A DNA stretch of 63,521 bases, counting the filler, from Phoronis australis (lineage: Eukaryota; Animalia; Phoronida): assembly GCA_002633005.1 (NCBI GenBank). It is 7 parts of 7 records of this genome, joined end to end, with 100 filler letters (N's around TTAATTAATTAA, not from the genome) between each part and the next. Parts side by side here need not be neighbours in the genome. Positions count along the whole stretch, not along the records: positions 12,873 to 43,496 come from NMRA01001073.1; positions 43,597 to 51,757 come from NMRA01000883.1; positions 51,858 to 55,925 come from NMRA01002717.1; 4 more parts are not named here. One strand, given 5' to 3'. Of the stretch, positions 39,712 through 52,135 are shown in pieces. Made by a program: the position numbers and the translations under genes. The notes beneath the pieces are model-generated. The model saw only the letters and a program-made list of their open reading frames with translations, was not told the origin of the DNA and did not search any database. Every line of letters begins with the position of its first letter. The first letter of the stretch is position 1.

Positions 39712-39899
39712 CTGTAAGTAAGAAATTGGTTTTATGATCACCATATCTACTGTATAAGATGATGCTGATGGGCTATGCAGTAGGTACAGATTCCAGTCGT
39801 GAAAAGTTACTGTGATGTTGCCACAAAATAGACATTAGAAAATAGTTCTGATGTAACAACAACGGGAAACTCGATGACAATTTGCTACTCAAGCCACCA

Positions 39900-40375
39900 C
39901 ATTGACTTCGGAGCATCGGCACACACTGCGAAGTTAACTGAACCGTTCATTCTGGCTTCGGTAGTTAATGAACTTCGACGTAAACAGTAGGTGACGCTGT
40001 CGTGATCGAAGGTATCGTACGGTAGCACTGCACGCTAAGATGTGACAACTTGGGAACATTTACATGTGTTAATTGACATAAAATTTATTTTTAAATTGAT
40101 TGGTGATTATTATAGCAAGGTATAAACAACTATTAGCCATCACACTACTATGCATATGGTTAATGATAACAGTGGCCCCTGGCAATAACTTCGATAGGAC
40201 TGAAGTTGATCGTTTATACTGCGTGGGAGCGTTGACGCTAAGCAATTAAATCCACCTGTTATTGCGAAGTTAACTGGCGCTGTTATCTTCTTTCCAGGAC
40301 CAAAGTTTAAGCGTTCATACTGACAATAACTCCCAAAAACGTCGACGCGTCGATGTTAGGATGAAAGGCCCTATA
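39900..40375. repeat. Old interspersed repeat; inverted second copy at about 62280-62740
   Basis: For example aagttaactgaaccgttcattctggcttcggtagttaa matches the reverse complement of ttaactaccaaagccggaatgaacggatcagttaactt. Confidence 0.7.
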
Positions 40376-41267
40376 TATGTATGAAGTTCAGTAGATTTAA
40401 ATTAAAGGAAAAAGAATATTTTGTGGTCACAGGTCTAAGTTTTCTACTTTCCATCTCGTATAACCTGGTTGTACTTAGAGTTACATTTAGTGAAACTTGT
40501 TCGCACCATGGAGTGTATTGGATTTACTGTTATTATGACTGTCAACAAAACGAAACTTTGTCTTTTAAATTGATATTTTTAAGGTTGCAAACAATTATAG
40601 GTGATTCTATGCACTCTTTCTAGCATAAGGATTGTACTTCCTAATATCAGACCTGTGGCCATTGTTGACAAAGTTTTAGTTACCTGTTACGTTTTATGTT
40701 ATGCTTTTGTCTCTGCAGTAATTCTTGGATTTTGCATATTAAGTGATTTGTTATTCTTGGTGTCATTGCTGTAATTTTAGTTGAAAAAGACTGCTGTTGA
40801 AACGTAGACTTTTGTTGTAGTCCTTCCTGGCTATGTAATCACATTTTGTTTGGTTGTGTTTCATGATTTGGTAGAGATTTCTCTGTTTGTACATTCCATT
40901 TTGCTCCCTCAGTTATCGCATAATTGTCATAGACTGAAAATGATGCAACTAATGAATATATAATTAGACTCATTTAGTTTTCACTGCATTGTATGCATGA
41001 CACTTGATGAAGTGATTTTTGAAATGTTTCTGGTTTTTAAGATTTTGATATTTCACTTATGTTCACTTATTTTAAGGAACTAGTGTATTTTAGGAAGTGC
41101 ATTTTATTTTTTGCAATTAATCACTGTTAATGAAATGTTAATAAATTCTAGTTGGTTAAATCTTCATGAGAATCATTAAATTTGTTACTGTACTCCACTC
41201 TTGTTTTAGTGAAATTCGAAATTTTTGAATTTCTGTCCTATTGATACTTATTTCCCCTTACAAAAAT

Positions 41268-41530
41268 GAACTTAAGTTTTTCGCTGAAAACTTAAGTTTT
41301 TGGCGAAAAAACTTAAGTTTTAGAGGAAAAACTTAAGTTCTTCCGCAAAACTTAAGTTTTTGAAAGAAACTTAAGTTTTTAAAACTTAATTTTTTCGCCA
41401 AAAACTTAAGTTTTTCAGTACAATGTTAAGTTTTTCAGAGAACTTAAGTTTTTCTGATAACTTAAGTTCATCACAAAACTTAAGTTTTTGTAATTTTAAA
41501 AACTTAAGTTTTCCTGACTTCTTAAGTTTT
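41268..41530. repeat. Array of about 14 copies of the palindrome AAAACTTAAGTTTT
   Basis: Motif recurs about every 20 bp with variable short spacers. Confidence 0.9.
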
Positions 41531-42285
41531 TCAGAAAACTGGATTTTTTCATTTGTGGAAAACTTGAATTTTATTAAAACTCTAAGGTTTCTATGTGATG
41601 AAAATTTACGTTTTCAAGTTTTTAAAATTTGAATATTGTGAGATATTTAATTTTTGGTTCGAAAATTTTCCCATTATTTACAACAAAAAAATATTGTTTG
41701 CTCATGCAAAACCCATCATCTCAAAAAATGTTGCCCGAATGTTTCCTAACATTTATATAGATACAAACCATAAAACGACGAAGTTTACCTGGTCAGTACA
41801 GAATTAGTGCAGTTATGTAATCATTTCGGCACGTCTTTGTGAATTTAAATGTAGACGAACATCCGGTGACAAACAGCAGTAAGAATGCAACCAATGTTAA
41901 TCCTCTGAGACACTGGCCTGCTCAGTACAATGTAATCAATGGAAATCATGCAATTCTTAAAAAAACGTAGTTATTGTGCAAGTTTCCTTTGTGTTGAGTT
42001 GTATTCGTAAGGCAGTTTCCACCGGAAGTCAACAGTTTGAATTTTATAACCGACAGTAAACTTCGAAGAAAAGGTCGTGTGTTGGCTAGCCCGCGACAAT
42101 GAACTTTATTATTATTACGAGCAGAGCCAGCAAGAAGACATTTCAGAAGTTTTGGAAGTCAGGTTAGTGCCAGAGAGCATTCTAAAATCGATTGTCCACA
42201 ATCGGTGCTGTGATTTCCAACGAACGTGTTAAATAAGTTCAGTTGTTTGTCAGCCACTCAAGTCACGCTGTCACATACCGACATG

Positions 42286-43496
42286 TAGTCGGTGGGCCAG
42301 ATTTTGTAGGTCCTCTAGAAAATGGTTTCTGTGAGTACTTTAGGGGGTGGGATTTTATTTTGGTGTTTTTTAATTCATTTATTAGAGTGTTTTCAAAATC
42401 TAAAAAGTTCCCACACATAAAGTTGCACATTTTTCAGAAATTTGAGTTTGAAGTTACCTAATAATCACGAAAGAGCTTAGTAAACTTATAATTGTAAAAA
42501 ACAACAGTTTTGGTGACTTTTTTGTAAAACAAGTAACATAATCCCATCAGTGCCATTGTACTGAACAATATTACACTCACATTACATGTTTTACTATTGT
42601 AAATTAACTGTAAACAGTTGAAATTTAAAAAACGTAAANAGTAATATAGTCCCATCAGTGCCATTGTATTGAACAATATTACACTCACATTACATGTTTT
42701 ACTATTGTAAATTAACTGTAAACAGTTGAAATTTAAAAAACGTAAAGAGACACCTAGTGGCAAAAATGCAAACTAAGTCTGAATGTTACTAGGAAGTAAT
42801 TCTGGCATTGTCAGGCAACAAAAATAACACAAAACACTTGAGACTGGGCAAAATTTGTGCCTCAATGACTAAAACATTGACTAATGGTGTAAAATACAGC
42901 TTGTTTGCATAATACACCAGAAATACATTATAGTACAAAAACAATATAGTTGAATGATCTCTGTGAATGTGGACAAAGACTGTACGAAAATAATAGATTA
43001 TTCTGGCAGCATTTATTAAGCAGTATGAGACAAATACATGACAATGATCAAAGTATGTACTTTCTATGACTTAATCAACAAATAAAATTAACTTTTTAAT
43101 ACAAAAAAGGAAATAATGGGGTTGGAAGTCTATTTAGGGTTGACTTGTCAAAGAACTATCCAATGTTATGCAGTCAGTGTTGCCGATGTTACTACAGTTG
43201 TCACAGCTGCACATTTCTGTACAGTTTGACCCAGCATTGCAGCACAAACTCAGTTTCCTAGCACACATGTTCTTTTTGCACTTGCAACGTTCATCGTTTA
43301 GTACTGTCAATGGAGATGCGGCCTTCATTGCCATACATATTAACTGCAAAGATCCACCGCCAAGGAGCCAACTATGGTCGATTAGAGAGGGTACAGCACT
43401 GCACACTGGTGATTAGCCCGCAGGCAATGAAGGGTCAAACACTAAGTTCTTGTTTGGAGGCGGGCACTATTTGGGCAAACGTTTGATTCAAAATAT
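42286..43496 (-). mobile_element. 3' end of a degenerate Academ (XPG/Cys8-type) transposon
   Basis: Broken reading PP...LHCLRANHQCAV...PS..HSW...LQLICM..A.P..VL...CKCKKNMC.....CCNAGSNCTEMCSCDNCSN (terminal Cys-rich finger). TAG-starting terminus TAGTCGGTGGGCCAGAT at 42286. Confidence 0.65.
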
Positions 43497-44497
43497 NNNN
43501 NNNNNNNNNNNNNNNNNNNNNNNNNNNNNNNNNNNNNNNNTTAATTAATTAANNNNNNNNNNNNNNNNNNNNNNNNNNNNNNNNNNNNNNNNNNNNTTTC
43601 GGGGGGGGGGGGCAAAAACAAAGTGTATTTTGTCTGTCATCGGGCATTTACTGACCAGTGGCATCCATTCGTTCACATGGAATTTTTTGTGGTACCTCAA
43701 ATGTATGAGCTAGATCATTTTTCGGGGGTCCTTTTTGAGGTGCCTGGTGGACCCTTTCCATGGTGTTATTTGTCTGTTATGGGTCATTCGGTTTTCAGTT
43801 TGGTATTGCTGAATTTCAGCTGGTACCTCGAATATCTAATCTGGCTCAAATTTTTAATGACATACGGTGACTGGGATTTTGGGTGATGTTTTCGGTCATG
43901 ACGCATTTACTGATCAGTGACATGTATTGAGTTACATGGTCTAAAACCTCAACAAGTGCAAAAATCCATTTGCACGTACGCTTGAAGATGTATTTTCTAT
44001 GCAGTGAACGGGAGATCCGATGGAGAAGATTGCCGAGCTATCAGAGCCTATGCACATAGCCTCGGAGTTTGACGGGATAGCCTAAATATTTCTTTTTTTT
44101 TTCCAAAATATGATTAACCCGCCAGATACCTTGCAAAAGCTGATCTTACTACTATATACAGTTTGTATGTATTAATGTACATGATAACGTCACACGGAAA
44201 TGGACAAACTTCGTATCGAATGAACATGATGAACGTTAGGAAACAATTCAGCGAGTGTTTTTTGTGAGCTTTGAGTAAATCACTGTCTGCAAGTTTGCTT
44301 TTGATTCGGTTGTTTCTTTCTGAGACAATGTACAAAAATATTAAAAATATTGTGAAAATTCGGGATTTCTATAACAATCATATGAAGGCCCAGACCTTTA
44401 AAGTTATGTCATTCATTGTTCTCTGAATGAAGGGTAACCAATATTTACTTGTGAATTAGTAAAAACTCATTCCACTGAACGATGACTACATTTACAG

Positions 44498-44582
44498 GTG
44501 GTATTCGAGGGAATCCGTGGTTCAAGTTTCTCAGGTGATATCTCCATTGACGACATCAGGATCTCTAACGGAACTTGTACAG
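44498..44582 (+). CDS. MAM-domain C-terminal exon
   Basis: tttacag|VVFEGIRGSSFSGDISIDDIRISNGTCT|gtaaac, the MAM motif FE.....GDI.IDDI.....C. Ends in phase 1. Confidence 0.85.
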
Positions 44583-47242
44583 GTAAACTTAAGTCAAGGT
44601 TGTGGTATAGCAACAGAACAATGTTCTTTCTCACACAGACGACAATTCAACATACCTGTATATGTACCTGCGTTTTCGGCTACCCAGAGGAACAGAGTGA
44701 TGAAGAGAGTAAAACAAGCACACTGGTGTTTGTAAAATACTGTTGCCAAACACTAAGAGCCAGACACAGAGAGCGGTCAAACTTAGTTATGAAATATTGT
44801 TGCGACTAAGCCAGTATAAAAGACATTCAAGTTTTTCGGTGCACCCCAGGGGCAAGAAGAATTTTTACAGCTGTGCGTGGTGTGTGAATACCTTGTCTCG
44901 GTCCAGCTTTTAAAATGAGTCATCTGGTAAATGGCAAGATTTGATTTTTTTTCAGAGACGTGGGACTTCATATAAAATGTCTGTTATGAAATAAACAGAA
45001 TGTCAAAATCATCAGGTACCTGAAAAACCAATGGACTTTCGGGCTATCTAAAATTCCGGACAAATTTCTGGATTTGCAGTCTTCATATCAACTGACTTTC
45101 TCAAAATTGAACTATCAGTAGTACTACACAACACAGTGTCGGTTTCATTACTTAGAATCTGACGCCCAAATGGCGCCACCGGCGACCCAGCAACTTTTGA
45201 CGGAAGTGTTATGTTTGGTGAAGGAAGCAATAGAAGATGTCCTTGTGACAGAAAATGTCAATTCTGTGCACGTGTTAGCATTAAATACATGTAGATCCTC
45301 TATAACAAACCGAGCACTGGCTACTAATACAACATAGCTAAAATGTAACACCAGTTGTGAATTCATTTAAATGTGTGCTTGAAAAAATCCCAGTCTCAGT
45401 TAACAATCTCATTGCATGGTCTTGGTTGCCCATCAAACAACCAAGAACTTATTTTAATTACCTTGAGGTCTTTTTGATAACTAGCATCGTGTTGTGGCCC
45501 ATTGTCCGATGAAATCATGGACTGATTGTCATGTTTCAAAGGCATGGGATTAATGTAGTGTCGACACTTTGAAACCACGTACAGAATGCTTGTGGAATGA
45601 ATTATAACGCTGGTCATCCGAAGGTGCTGTGCTACAATAAAACAAAACTATTCTCACGATGCTCCTGGTTACTTCATTTCGTCTGTCAAATGGCACTGGG
45701 CACGTGTAATTAATGTTTTGAAATATGTACTATATGTATTTCGGATCCTCATTTAGAACGTACGTTTTTTGTAAAACTGGAGTCTTCTTGAAACATATAA
45801 GGATACTGAAAGGCTGTTTTGACGATTTCAACCAATCCTCGCCTTATCACCTGCTAATGCATCTTTGACGTCAATGTTGAAAGAAAAAGCAGGTATCAAC
45901 TAAAAATTCACACTCTTTAAGTGGCATATTGCATTTTACAGTTCCTGTTGGTGGTGTCCTCTCCGGCACAGTTGCCGTGTAATTCGCTAAACGCATATGC
46001 CACGCTTGGCCGTTGAGCAGATTTTGAAAGATTTCAGTTATTCCGCCAAACCGTTGAGGGTCATGGAGTGTTACAGAGCATCATTTTGTTTCACAGAATT
46101 GCATGAGGAAGTCGTTTTAGTATTTTTATGCCAGGTTGTATCAATGGTTATAGATATGTATATTATTGGTATTTCCCTAATGCTCTCAACTGTCATCAGG
46201 TTTAACAAACACTGTCTATTTCTTTGTTGTTGTTTAATAATCCCTCAGCAACTGTCGCAGTGCTTTCTTTATCTAGGAGAAAAATACACAGTGTTTGTAC
46301 TTCTTCAATATCCAATTCACCATCAAATCACACCACTGACAACAATTGGCAAACGCTGGGCAAAAAAATTTAACCTTCTATACTGAAGCCTTTGACCAAA
46401 TGCTTTGGCTTTTATGATTGAAGTTCGCACGTGTTCAGAAATGAAATAAACGAAAACATAAAATGCGACTACGAAAATACCCGAGTTGTACCGATGCTCC
46501 TCCTGGTAGAGTTTCCAAGTCGCTCTAAAGCACCTTGGCTGCAACGGTTGTACACTGCGTTCTTGACATATTTGCTGTCTCTAGGCGGATAACCGAATAG
46601 CCTCCTGAACCAGCAACATGTGAAATGTGCCTAAATCCAGAAAACGATGAGAGAGTATTCAAGAATCATTCGGAATTCCATCAGAAAATTTTCTCTGCTG
46701 CAGACTCATCTACATGTACATGTAATTCACTCGCTCCATCTTCAAGTTGAGATGCATTTTCTTTCAGTAATAGGCCATGAGAACTGCCATGTAGGATTTT
46801 AGCGTTACACGTAATCAATGCAATCATAAGCATAGTTATGCATTTAACCTTGTTCGTATTAGGTCTTTAAATCTAAAACAAAATTGGTCTCACAATGCTC
46901 TTCATCATGATCGGATTCCATTTATCTCTGTTACCAGCAAGAACATTGAAACAATTAACTGCATGTACTCAAGAACAAACATTTCAAAGTTGTTGGGGCC
47001 GACCAATCCTAAAATTCCCAATTTGAAAGTGGCAAATGTGCGCGTCGCCTGTGACTCGAGTTCCCAACTGACATAATCCTATCATATTACGGAATAATGA
47101 CGAGACCAATACTGTTAGTGCAAAATGTGTAAATCGGAGTTCAGCCAGTTAAACAGGGCTAATTGTAGCTTAAATTTTGTAGAAAATGATTTATTTTAAG
47201 ACTCGCTTGGTTGTTTATCAAACGTATTTACACTCATTTTAG

Positions 47243-47388
47243 AACAATGGAAAACCTTCAATGGTACTGATTACTTTTTCATGAAACTAACTAAAACTTG
47301 GGATGACGCTTTAACATACTGCAAGACACGAGGCGGTACATTGGCAGTACCTGAAGGACGTGAAACAGACATTTGGATCCAACAACAG
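47243..47388 (+). CDS. C-type lectin domain exon 1
   Basis: ttttag|(E)QWKTFNGTDYFFMKLTKTWDDALTYCKTRGGTLAVPEGRETDIWIQQQ|gtgagc. Phase-1 start is compatible with the MAM exon. Confidence 0.85.
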
Positions 47389-47454
47389 GTGAGCATTTGA
47401 CTGTCGAATTAAAGTTATCTACAACCCTCAAAAACGTCCGAATTTGACTTTGGA

Positions 47455-48203
47455 ATATAATCAAGGTACGTAAACTGCACGGTTAACGGACTGCTAAACA
47501 CGGTGTCGGACACAAAAACACGACTCGCATGACTGCTTACTCCGTTCATTGACGAACATGCACGGGATCGGACTCACAAAATACGATTCATTCATCCATA
47601 GTACACGGTCACGGACTCACATTCACGTTAAAACACGGTCACGGACTAATCGACTTCCAGGGTAAGTATAGCGAAATAGTGATTATTACTTCACAGGAAG
47701 GGATTCGAAACAGAGGGTCATTTTACGGAGTTGAAACGGTCCATGGCATTTTGAGAAGAAAGCAGAAGATAAATTAGGTTGCTACTCTCACTGTCAAAAT
47801 TGAGTGATGTTACAAAAAGCTTTTGGACGCTAATAAATTGTAAAACAAATAAGCAGTTCAAATATATTTATTGTTTATAATTCACAACAATTACATGTAC
47901 ATCTGTTTTCAGACAAAGATAAGATCAACATTATATTTAATCTCGCACCCATTACACACTTGTCGAAGCCGATTTCTACATTTTATCCGTAAACCGTGTT
48001 TGGTGGTTCATGTGCCGTATTTCAACGTAAATGTGAGTCCGTGACCATGTATCATGTGTGAATGAATTTTGTTTTGTGAGTCCGATCCCGTGTACATGTA
48101 TGTGCAACAGTGAAGGTGTTTGGAGGTGCGTGAGTGGTGTTTTTGACGCCGACAGCCTGTTTAGCAGTCCATTAATCTGTAGCTTGATAACGTCTTATTC
48201 ATA
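47455..48203. mobile_element. Intronic foldback/MITE with about 200-bp diverged TIRs
   Basis: ggactgctaaaca...cacgggatcggactcacaaaa...ggtcacggactcacatt (47480-47640) is inverted at 48000-48175. Confidence 0.65.
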
Positions 48204-48892
48204 TGAAACGATCACAGATACTATGCGTTAAGCACAGTTCTCCAATGCCCGGTTGGAAATAGTTTGTTTTAAATGTTCCACCGTTGCACGATGAACTATC
48301 GACTGTAGGACCTTAAAAGATTTTCAACAAAAATTCCAAAGATAAACCAAACAAAAGTGAAATGATGTTTTAGAAATTGTAACAGGGTTTTTGAGATCTC
48401 ATCTAAAACATTTACATGTATATTAAACAAAGTTTGATCACGAAATTGATACCGTTGTTTTGCTACTAACTTTTTTCATTTTTGCTAACTTCCACTAAAA
48501 GACATTTCAAATGAATAGATGCTATCAATGTGAGTTTGGTACTTGTAAAAAACCAAAAATGTACAGGTTTTCTACATTCCTAAGACATTTATATTAACTG
48601 AGTTAAAATCTACTGTTTGTACAGATTTGGCTAAATGTACAGTCTTGTCAATAACGTCTTTGTAGATCATGTCATGCATAATAAGTGGAGTTGAACGACT
48701 CTTCTATATAGATGTACAGCATCGTTTTATGTCACGAGCATAGACGTTTAAAATGAGACGTTTGCGTAAACTTGTTGCGTCAGATTTGGAAGATACTGGA
48801 ATTACAAAAATTAGTTAGTCTACGATTAATTTAATTTATAATTCCATTGTGCTTTACTTACACACGTAAGGTATTCATACAATCCAATACAG

Positions 48893-48992
48893 ATAAACGC
48901 CATGGGATTTGGGATGACGTGGATCGGAGTCAATGACAAAGAGCAGGAGAACGTATTTCGTCGACCTGACGGTACGATTGTTACATACACAG
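48893..48992 (+). CDS. C-type lectin domain exon 2
   Basis: aatacag|INAMGFGMTWIGVNDKEQENVFRRPDGTIVTYT|gtaagg, with a WIGL-type motif. Phase-0 start matches the previous exon; the third CTLD exon was not seen before the gap. Confidence 0.85.
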
Positions 48993-49584
48993 GTAAGGAA
49001 ACTGGACTGGGAAGAAAACAGGTAATGCCAGTGGTTGTGACTCGGCAAGACAAGTAACTTGTTAGAGCACACACTTCTTAAGGTTATCTTAAACCTTATT
49101 TATTGAGCTTCATTCTACATGTAACTCACATCTCAAACACAAGGCTATGACAACTATTAAGAGTATTTATCCCATACTCGTTGAATCAGTTGAGTGCAAT
49201 ACGGCCATGTGATATTGTTTACCGTATTCACCCCCGCATTATTTCAACATTGCTCTCTGACATGCAAAGTTCAAAAGTTATGTCAATGTCGACTCGACGT
49301 CGTTAGCCGGTTCGATCAATACATGTAAACTTTTCCAAAATAGTTAACAGTAATACAATTGCAGCTGTATCCGTAACACTCAACATGCAATCGGGTCCCA
49401 AACGTAACATACGGAACAAAAAAAAAATCAGAAGACACTTCTGTCTCAGTTTTCAATTGCTAAATATTAAATCGTCTGAAACTCAGGCGCCGATTCCTCG
49501 GCGACTACAATATCAAATATTGGTGTTATTTTACTATGTTTTCAGGAAATGTTTCAAGTTCAATGCGCAATTACTTTATTCATT

Positions 49585-51202
49585 TTTTATTTTATTTAAT
49601 GTAATACTTACAATGAGGGTAGCCCCACCAGTTCACACTGCTTTCCATGGGGGCCCTCAGTAGAAACATACAGACAGTAAGACAAATTAACAGAATTACA
49701 AAATGAAAGACAATATTTAAATAATAAGCAAAGGGTGAGAAATTAATACGGAAAGAGCGATGAAACAAAATAAACAAATACAATATGATGAATAGAAGGA
49801 AAAGAAAGTAAGACAAGATAATTAACTAAAATATAAATATAAATAATTAAAAACAGACAATAAATAATCAATAAAAGTAAGACATATAAATATACACGCA
49901 TGTATACAAATGCACTCTTACCCACACATACATAAACATACACACGTACATATAGAAAAGCACACATACATACATACATACATACATCAATACAAACATA
50001 CATACATACATACATACATACATACATCAATACAAACATACATACATACATACATACATACATCAATACAAACATACATACATACATACACCAATTCAAA
50101 CATACATACATACATACATACATACATCAATACAAACAAACATACATACATACATACATCAATACAAACATACACATGAATACACAACTACATACACACG
50201 CATACACATATGTACACATGACTAAAAATAGTCTGATATGGGGATACTGAATGTAAAATTGCTAAACAGAACACATCTACATGAAGTTAAATCTATTTCT
50301 TTTAATTCTTTTAAAGGTTATATACTGGGGAACCCAATGTTCGTCCGCCTAAGCATAAAACCGACTTGCTGTTGTACTCACCGAATTATTCCACTTCAAA
50401 GTTATGATCTGAATAGGATTCGATTTAACTCTCACAGATATACCGCATTCATCGATTCGGAAGTTTTCTTTAATTTGTGCCGAGTTATTTCAAATGTGCA
50501 CTGCCTTCGGCAGCCATTTTATTGTGACACCTAAGTTCGTCATATGCTGCCCCCTTTTGTAAAAACTGAGAAACATGCAGAAAAAGGCCAACGAAGTAAT
50601 GAAAATTGCAACAGCCTGTTTTTATTGACATAAACTCGATTTGAAGCTTTGATGTTGAGCTCTGCACTGTGGTTTCCAATAAAAGCCAATTGGACAACAT
50701 TTCAATGCAGTTTAATGGTGAACGTGAGGCAAAAATGTTAAGAACCCAGCGTATCGCATTTGTCTGCGGATTTTTCCTTTGGCCTTCTAGATCCTACTAG
50801 TGCCTGGGACAAACAGATACATTGCATAAACAAACCCTGGATCATGTTTTGTGTCCCGTCGGAAGAAAATTTAAATTCGAAAACATCTTCTGAAAACGCA
50901 CAAAAAAGTGTATTAGTAAAATCTACTGATTTTTAAGTGGTTTTAAAAAACAATCGGTAAACTCACCGATTTTTGTCTCATTACTTTGATACGTGTCTCT
51001 TCCGATAAGTTAGTACCTAACGTGCAGACGAGCACTCCAAACTGGAACGCTAAGTCCCGCGTGGTTGCGCTGCACGCGAAACAAGATGGCGGACGAACTT
51101 TGGAGCCTGACGAAAATAGGTAACCGGACGATAAAGGATGATGTAGATTTGGCATCTGCAGGGAGAGTATTCCACAGATAGGGCCCGCTGTAGGAAAACG
51201 AT
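49585..51202 (-). mobile_element. 3' end of an L2/CR1-group LINE with an (ATGT)n tract in its 3' UTR, interrupted by a MITE-like insert at about 50324-51131
   Basis: FSYSGPYLWNTLPADAKSTSSF (51200-51132) resumes as ITFKRIKR at about 50320. Terminal gagggcccccatggaaagcag...gggctaccctc...(TAAAA)n. Compound (ACAT)n microsatellite at about 49900-50220. Confidence 0.6.
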
Positions 51203-51203
51203 T

Positions 51204-51757
51204 ACCCAGCCAGCACTGTTCAACTGTAGACTGGACCGTCATGTTGCGCCATCTATTGTTCTTTATTGTAGTTGATTGTGTGCTCTGTTTTTGATTTCTT
51301 CGCTAGTCACATGAATGTTATCGTGTTTGATAAACTATCATTTTAGATAGAGTTTTGAACGGGCTTTCAGAAGATATTTTCCATTTTGCGCTACGACGTC
51401 TACTTTTTGAATTATTTGAGATTTTCGGATAGCGTTGTTCCTTCGGTCACACGCAGCTGGCTGGCTTTCTGCTCACTTTGTTTTGGTTATGCCTAGTTGA
51501 CCCAGACTGACCCAGCCAACACTGTCCTACTGCAGACTGGACCGTCATGTTGCGCCATCTATTGTTCTTTATTGTAGTTGATTGTGTGTTCTGTTTTTGA
51601 TTTCTTTGCTAGTCACATGAGTGTTATCGTGTTTGCCAAACTACCATTTTAGATAGAGTTTTGAACGGGCTTTCAGAAGTCATTTTCCATTTTGCGCTAC
51701 GACGTCTACTTTTTGAATTATTCGAGATTTTCGGATACCGTTGTTCCTTCGGTCACG
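51204..51757. repeat. About 306-bp tandem repeat, at least 1.8 copies, running into a gap
   Basis: cccagcca.cactgt...gactggaccgtcatgttgcgccatctattg at about 51204 and 51510, with several differences between copies. Confidence 0.85.
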
Positions 51758-52135
51758 NNNNNNNNNNNNNNNNNNNNNNNNNNNNNNNNNNNNNNNNNNN
51801 NTTAATTAATTAANNNNNNNNNNNNNNNNNNNNNNNNNNNNNNNNNNNNNNNNNNNNTTTTAATTTTGGCATTTGAATTCTATTGGACCAGGTTCAAAAC
51901 TTTAAAAGTGCCTTTATACTGACCAAGTGAAAACTTTGTATCACCCACATGGTAGATAAATGCACAGAGTACCGGTGCCCTAAGCTACTAGAAACCTGAA
52001 GGCTCTGATAATTTGACCTGACCTCCTTCCATGACTTACACGATTTCATTTTTTAACCCTCAGCGCGTGCCAAAATTTTTGCACCACTGCTGCCACTTAC
52101 AAAGAGTCTAAAGAATAATCTGAGTATTTGCTTAC

